Assembly (NCBI RefSeq): GCF_001457595.1
Contig: NZ_LN831039.1
Coordinates: 6,951,268 to 6,983,267 of the forward strand
DNA from: Mycolicibacterium smegmatis
Lineage (GTDB): Bacteria > Actinomycetota > Actinomycetes > Mycobacteriales > Mycobacteriaceae
Reading direction: 5' to 3'
Length of the DNA: 32,000 nt
Below, in pieces: positions 25,804-32,000 of the stretch; the stretch's first letter is position 1; each line of letters begins with the position of its first letter. The notes below the pieces were generated by a model that did not search any database, was not told the origin of the DNA, and was given only the letters and a program-made list of their open reading frames with translations. The position numbers were made by a program, and so were the translations under genes.

Positions 25804-26041
25804 TGAACTCTCCGGACTTCACGCGGGCTGGAGGTGCGTGGCTGCCCCTCAAGGATAGGAGAGTGCGCGGCCCGCGGCCCAGTCCCGGCCGAAAATCTCA
25901 TCCGAGACCACCTCCTACCCGAAAACCGTTGATACACAAAAGCTTTACTTCGAATGCCGGTGCGTTCACAAGGCCCGAACCGGCGAACTGTCACAGTGAC
26001 AAAACGAGCGCGTGTGGTTGGTCGTCCGCTGACACCGACTT

Positions 26042-27097
26042 TTACTCTTTCTGGGCGCTCATCAGCTCGACGATGCGCTGCAGATCGTCCACCGACCCGA
26101 ACTCGACGACGATCTTGCCCTTGCGTTTGCCGAGGCTCACGGTGACGCGCGTGTCGAACGCCGTCGAGAGCCGCTCGGCAACGTCCTGGAGACCCGGCAT
26201 CTGGATCGGCTTACGGCGCGGGGCAGGCGTGGTCTTGCCTTCACGGTTCGCGAGCGTCACGGCTTCTTCCGTGGCCCGGACCGACAGCCCTTCGGCGACG
26301 ATGCGCGCCGCGAGTTCCTCCTGGGCCTCCGGTCCGCCCTCGAGCGCGAGGAGCGCCCGCGCGTGGCCGGCCGAAAGTACACCCGCCGCGACACGCCGCT
26401 GCACCGCGATGGGCAGACGCAGCAGCCGGATCATGTTCGAGATGAGCGGCCGGGAGCGACCGATGCGCGCCGCGAGTTCGTCGTGGGTGACGCCGAACTC
26501 GTCGAGCAGCTGCTGATAGGCCGACGCCTCTTCGAGTGGGTTCAACTGGACGCGGTGGATGTTCTCGAGCAGTGCGTCGCGCAGCATGCCGTCGTCGGCG
26601 GTCTCGCGCACGATCGCCGGGATTGCGGTGAGGCCGGCCTGTTGAGCCGCGCGCCAGCGCCGCTCCCCCATGACGATCTGATAGCGGATGTCACCCTTGG
26701 GTTCGACCTCGCGCACGACGATCGGCTGCATGAGACCGAACTCGCGGATCGAGTGCACGAGTTCGCTCAGCGCCTCGTCGTCGAACACCTGGCGGGGCTG
26801 ACGCGGGTTCGGTTCGATGGCCGTCGGGGCGATCTCGCGGTACGTCGCACCGACCTCGTCGCGGTCGAGGGGCTGCACCGCGGAGTCACCTGCGGCACCG
26901 TCCTCGGGCGGTGCCGCAGGAGCATCCGTACCCGCAGGCGGAGTCGGTGCCGACGGTGCCCCACCCATGAGGACGTCGGCCGCCGTGGCACCGATTTTCG
27001 GGCTCAACCCATCGGGTGCCCCGTCGACCGGTCCGGTGGGGATGAGCGCCGCCAGTCCCCTACCGAGTCCACTGCGCTTGCGTGCCGGCTGATTCAT
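26042..27097 (-). CDS. parB: Chromosome partitioning protein ParB
   Basis: 351 aa. ATG 27097 is preceded by AGGAGA. ParB box II / CTP-binding motif [11 protein letters not shown] ([23 protein letters not shown]) and a C-terminal dimerisation region. Confidence 0.96.
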   Translation of the reverse strand: MNQPARKRSGLGRGLAALIPTGPVDGAPDGLSPKIGATAADVLMGGAPSAPTPPAGTDAPAAPPEDGAAGDSAVQPLDRDEVGATYREIAPTAIEPNPRQPRQVFDDEALSELVHSIREFGLMQPIVVREVEPKGDIRYQIVMGERRWRAAQQAGLTAIPAIVRETADDGMLRDALLENIHRVQLNPLEEASAYQQLLDEFGVTHDELAARIGRSRPLISNMIRLLRLPIAVQRRVAAGVLSAGHARALLALEGGPEAQEELAARIVAEGLSVRATEEAVTLANREGKTTPAPRRKPIQMPGLQDVAERLSTAFDTRVTVSLGKRKGKIVVEFGSVDDLQRIVELMSAQKE

Positions 27098-27156
27098 GCT
27101 CGTCTCCTGCTCATCACTGCATCCGCTCCCGCTGTACGCCTACTGATCATGCTGCA

Positions 27157-28128
<972 letters not shown>

Positions 28129-28130
28129 GC

Positions 28131-28901
<771 letters not shown>

Positions 28902-29453
28902 CTAGCCGAGCAGGATGACAACGCGGCGAGAGGGCTCGACCCCTTCACTCTCGCTGCGGACGCCGTCGATGGCCGCCACGGCGTCGTGGACGATCTTGCG
29001 CTCGAACGGAGTCATCGGCGCGAGTTCCTCTCGCTGGCCGGTCTCCAGGACCCGGCGGGCCACCTTCTCACCGAGCGCCGCGAGCTCGTCGCGACGACGG
29101 CGGCGCCAGCGCGCGATGTCGAGCATCAGGCGGCTGCGCTCACCGGTCTTCTGGTGCACCGCCAGCCGCGTCAGTTCCTGCAGCGCGTCGAGCACCTCAC
29201 CCTTGCGCCCGACCAGCTTGCTCAGATCGTTGCCCCCGTCGATGCTGACGACCGCGCGGTCGCCCTCGACATCGAGGTCGATGTCCCCGTCGAAGTCCAG
29301 GAGGTCCAACAGCTCCTCGAGGTAGTCGCCGGCGATCTCGCCCTCGGCGACCAAGCGCTCTTCGAGATCGTCCTCGGCGCCCACCGCAGGCGCCGTCGTC
29401 TCGACCTTGTCGTCCTGGTCGGCGCCGGGGTCAGTCGTCTGTGCGTCTGTCAT
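28902..29453 (-). CDS. jag: Jag/KhpB-type RNA-binding protein (KH + R3H domains)
   Basis: 183 aa. Acidic N-terminus, KH-like (LVGRKGEVLDALQELTRLAV) and R3H (MTPFERKIVHDAVAAIDGVRSESEG) domains. GGGAGAG Shine-Dalgarno sequence upstream of ATG 29453. Confidence 0.92.
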   Translation of the reverse strand: MTDAQTTDPGADQDDKVETTAPAVGAEDDLEERLVAEGEIAGDYLEELLDLLDFDGDIDLDVEGDRAVVSIDGGNDLSKLVGRKGEVLDALQELTRLAVHQKTGERSRLMLDIARWRRRRRDELAALGEKVARRVLETGQREELAPMTPFERKIVHDAVAAIDGVRSESEGVEPSRRVVILLG

Positions 29454-29488
29454 ATCCGTCTCTCCCTACTCGTGCCAGTCGGAACTGG

Positions 29489-30592
29489 TCATCGTTTCCG
29501 CTTCTTGGGGCGCGCTCCCGGCTTGGGCGTCCGGTTCGTCGGCGTTGTACCCGACGTACCCGACGCGCCCGTCGCGCCCGAATCCGTGGTCGGCTCACTC
29601 GTCCCCGACGACTCTCCGGTCAGTTCGGTGGCGGAGCCGGCCTCACCTTCGGTACCGGCCTGACCCCCGGGCTGAGCCTTCTTCGCCCGATTCGGCTTGG
29701 CGCCCGGCGCAGGTGCGTTGGCCGCGCGGCGCTCCAGCATCTCGGCCTTCTTGGCTTCTTCTTCCTTCTCGATCTTTCCGAACACGTAGTGCTGCTGACC
29801 GTAGGTCCAGATGTTGTTCGCGAGCCAGTACATGATCACGGCGAGCGGAAGGAACGGACCACCGACGACGACGCCGAGCGGGAACACGTAGAGCGCGAGC
29901 TTGTTCATCATCGCGGTCTGCGGGTTGGCCGCGGCTTCCACACTCTGGCGCGCGACCGAGGCCCGGCTGTTGAAGTGAGTCGCGATGCCGGCGAGGATCA
30001 TGATCGGCACACCGACCACGATGACGGCCAGGCGGTTGAATTCGGTGAACGCCTCGAGGCCGTGCTGCTGGATCATCGTCGCGCCCAGCGGGGCGCCGAA
30101 CAGGTTCGCGTCGAGGAAGTGCTGTACGTCGGTCGCGCTGAAGACGTAGTTGCCCAGCGACCGGTTCTCCTCGACCGAAAGGCCCAGCCGGCCGATGCCG
30201 GTCTGCGTCCGGTTGAAGGACATCAGCACGTGGTAGAGGCCCAGGAACACGGGCACCTGCGCGAGCATCGGCAGACACCCGAGGATCGGGTTGAACCCGT
30301 GTTCCTTCTGCAGCTTCTGCATCTCCAGCGCCATGCGCTGGCGGTCCTTGCCGTACTTCTTCTGCAACGCCTTGATCTGCGGCTGCAGCTCCTGCATCTG
30401 GCGCGTCGTACGGATCTGCTTGACGAACGGCTTGTACAGGATGGCGCGCAGCGTGAACACCAGGAACATCACCGACAGCGCCCAGGCGAAGAAATTGGTG
30501 GGGCCCAGCAGGAACGAGAACGCCTTGTACCAGACCCACATGATCGCCGACACCGGGTAATAAATGATGTCCAAGCTGAAGAAGTTAAACAC
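29489..30592 (-). CDS. yidC: Membrane protein insertase YidC
   Basis: 367 aa with GTG start at 30592. Conserved [22 protein letters not shown]..., ...[43 protein letters not shown]..., and a basic C-terminal tail. Confidence 0.96.
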   Translation of the reverse strand: MFNFFSLDIIYYPVSAIMWVWYKAFSFLLGPTNFFAWALSVMFLVFTLRAILYKPFVKQIRTTRQMQELQPQIKALQKKYGKDRQRMALEMQKLQKEHGFNPILGCLPMLAQVPVFLGLYHVLMSFNRTQTGIGRLGLSVEENRSLGNYVFSATDVQHFLDANLFGAPLGATMIQQHGLEAFTEFNRLAVIVVGVPIMILAGIATHFNSRASVARQSVEAAANPQTAMMNKLALYVFPLGVVVGGPFLPLAVIMYWLANNIWTYGQQHYVFGKIEKEEEAKKAEMLERRAANAPAPGAKPNRAKKAQPGGQAGTEGEAGSATELTGESSGTSEPTTDSGATGASGTSGTTPTNRTPKPGARPKKRKR

Positions 30593-30932
30593 GCGACTTG
30601 CTCTCCCCTCGCTTCGCTGGGGTTTCCCAGACTGGGTTTTCGGCGGCTGCTGTCTCCGCGGAGACTCCGGCGACGGTCTCGGTCTCGTGAGCGCAGCGCT
30701 CCGGTATCGGGTCCCATCCTCCCTGATGCCACGGACCGCATTTGAGGAGCCGGACGGTGGCCAGCCAGGTTCCGCGGATCAACCCGTATTCGGTCAGCGC
30801 ATCGACGGCGTACTGACTACAGGTGGGCATGAACCGGCATGTGGGAAGCCGCAGAGGGGAGATGGTGTGGCGGTACAGCTGGATCACGTAGATCACCGCG
30901 CGGACTGCCCGCACGCCGATACGGCGTCTCAT
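30585..30932 (-). CDS. yidD: Membrane protein insertion efficiency factor YidD
   Basis: 115 aa. The YidD signature is [34 protein letters not shown] 30932 overlaps the rnpA stop (ATGA). Its 3' end overlaps the yidC start by 8 nt. Confidence 0.92.
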   Translation of the reverse strand: MRRRIGVRAVRAVIYVIQLYRHTISPLRLPTCRFMPTCSQYAVDALTEYGLIRGTWLATVRLLKCGPWHQGGWDPIPERCAHETETVAGVSAETAAAENPVWETPAKRGESKSRV

Positions 30933-31312
30933 GGGGACGCCCTGCGCTTCGAGCTCACCCGCTCGAGCGCTTGACCCAACTGTCGTTCCAAACGGGACGA
31001 CGTGGCGTCACGACTGCTCGGCCTGGCCCGGATCACGATGAGATCGGCAGGGTCAAGACCGGATACGAACGTTTTGGCGACGTGCCGCAGACGGCGGGAC
31101 ACGCGGTGACGCTCCACCGCGTTGCCGACGGCTTTGGACACGATCAGACCGATCCGCGGCCCGTTCGCGTCGCCGTCATCGCCGGCATTGCCTGCGTTGC
31201 TTTCAAGGCGCAACGCGTGTACGACGACATCGGGTTGCGCGGCACGCACGCCGCGACTGACGGTGACACTGAACTCCGCGGACCGCCTCATCCGGTTTCG
31301 AGCCGGAAGCAC
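30929..31312 (-). CDS. rnpA: Ribonuclease P protein component
   Basis: GTG 31312 gives VLPARNRMRRSAEFSVTVSRG...IGLIVSKAVGNAVERHRVSRRLRH... (127 aa), matching the RnpA RNR motif region. The track ORF is extended upstream to 31690 across rpmH in another frame. Confidence 0.9.
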   Translation of the reverse strand: MLPARNRMRRSAEFSVTVSRGVRAAQPDVVVHALRLESNAGNAGDDGDANGPRIGLIVSKAVGNAVERHRVSRRLRHVAKTFVSGLDPADLIVIRARPSSRDATSSRLERQLGQALERVSSKRRASP

Positions 31313-31343
31313 CGCGCTGGATCCTGCCTGTGCCGGCGCAGGA

Positions 31344-31487
31344 TCACGCAGTGAGCGCGCGACGGCCCTTGCTACGCCGGTTGGCAACGATCGCGCGGCC
31401 GGCGCGGGTGCGCATCCGCAGCCGGAACCCGTGAACACGCGCACGGCGGCGGTTGTTGGGCTGGAAGGTCCGCTTGCCCTTGGCCAC
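31344..31487 (-). CDS. rpmH: 50S ribosomal protein L34
   Basis: Not in the ORF track (47 aa). Manual translation of the minus strand from GTG 31487 gives (M)[46 protein letters not shown], with stop TGA at 31346-31344. AGGAG Shine-Dalgarno sequence at 31500-31496, 8 nt upstream. Confidence 0.95.
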
Positions 31488-31904
31488 GGCAATCTCTCCT
31501 TGTATTCGTATGGCGACCGCGGCCGCTCGACACTGTCGTGTCGATCAGACGCGCCCACCGTCACTAAGCTCGTTAAGCTTCGTCGGTCGTGCTTTACTAA
31601 CCGGCGCGGTCTCCGGGCGGACCCGGGCGCAGCCGTATCGCCACGTGCGGGCGACTGCTCGAGGGTACTGACGAGATTTGCCTGGGTCAAACCTGCTCCA
31701 ACCGCTTGATTGGATGCTGCCCAGAGTGTTGCAGAACTGTTGGCACTCGGTCAGAAAACTGTTAGCTTCTGGCAATGCCGTTCTGCTTTCGGACGGCCAC
31801 CGACAATGAAACGAGGACGTCGCAGAGCCGCCCACCGCTCAGCACGGGGCGAATTCGAGCTGACACCCCCTCACTACACACAAGAGAGCGACGACGGCTG
31901 TCCT

Positions 31905-31937
31905 TTCTCCACAAGCTGTGGATAAATATGTGGACAG
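31905..31937. promoter_or_regulatory. Cluster of three DnaA boxes in the rpmH-dnaA intergenic region
   Basis: TTCTCCACA (31905-31913, + strand), TTATCCACA (31917-31925, - strand) and CTGTCCACA (31929-31937, - strand). They match the E. coli consensus TTATCCACA and the mycobacterial TT(G/C)TCCACA consensus with 0-1 mismatch. Confidence 0.7.
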
Positions 31938-32000
31938 ATCGCCATCGTTCTTTTGGTCGTCCATGGGTCGACCCCAGCGCCTCAAAGGGGGTAATCGTCC

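Noticed and set aside
29441-30745. 434-aa plus-strand ORF and 298-aa alternate-frame ORF over yidC
   Set aside because: They overlap the highly conserved yidC frame, and their composition is Arg/Leu/His-rich with no motifs.

Overview
High-GC actinobacterial chromosome segment. By gene content and order it is the origin-proximal region of a fast-growing mycobacterium (Mycolicibacterium smegmatis-like); species cannot be confirmed without a search.

Gene order, left to right:
- Amino-acid ABC transporter: fused binding-protein/permease (5'-truncated by the window edge) plus its ATPase.
- MarR regulator.
- Divergent pair: GH63 glucosylglycerate-hydrolase-like enzyme and an SDR.
- leuS.
- Block resembling M. 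tuberculosis Rv0040c-Rv0036c: Mtc28-like proline-rich secreted protein, small Cys-tailed membrane protein, YqgE/AlgH, MFS transporter, DinB/TIGR03084-like protein.
- After a striking perfect hairpin, the Rv3906c-Rv3924c-like block: Asp-rich repeat protein, pcnA (CCA-adding enzyme), mutT4, an 813-aa membrane protein of unknown function, murJ/mviN with pseudokinase tail, sigM and its anti-sigma factor, trxB, trxA, cwlM, an Rv3916c-like protein, parB, parA, rsmG, jag, yidC, yidD, rnpA, rpmH.
- Start of the rpmH-dnaA intergenic region, with a cluster of DnaA boxes.

Non-coding signals read directly from the sequence:
- Two consensus parS sites, one covering the rsmG start codon.
- A SigH-type promoter upstream of trxB.
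- A 21-bp perfect inverted repeat between convergent genes.
- TANNNT -10 hexamers 6-8 nt upstream of eight start codons, a leaderless-mRNA signature.
- rpmH (47 aa), which is absent from the supplied ORF track.

No CRISPR array, IS or transposase, integrase, tRNA/rRNA or recognisable defence island was seen. This is mostly conserved core genome, and I found no convincing new multi-gene system. The best function-unknown candidates are:
- the Nudix / 813-aa protein / MurJ translationally coupled unit;
- the 8x DxDxDG Asp-rich protein co-transcribed with pcnA;
- the Cys-tailed small membrane protein;
- the hairpin at a synteny junction.

Many long ORFs in the track are alternate-frame or antisense artefacts of high GC content.
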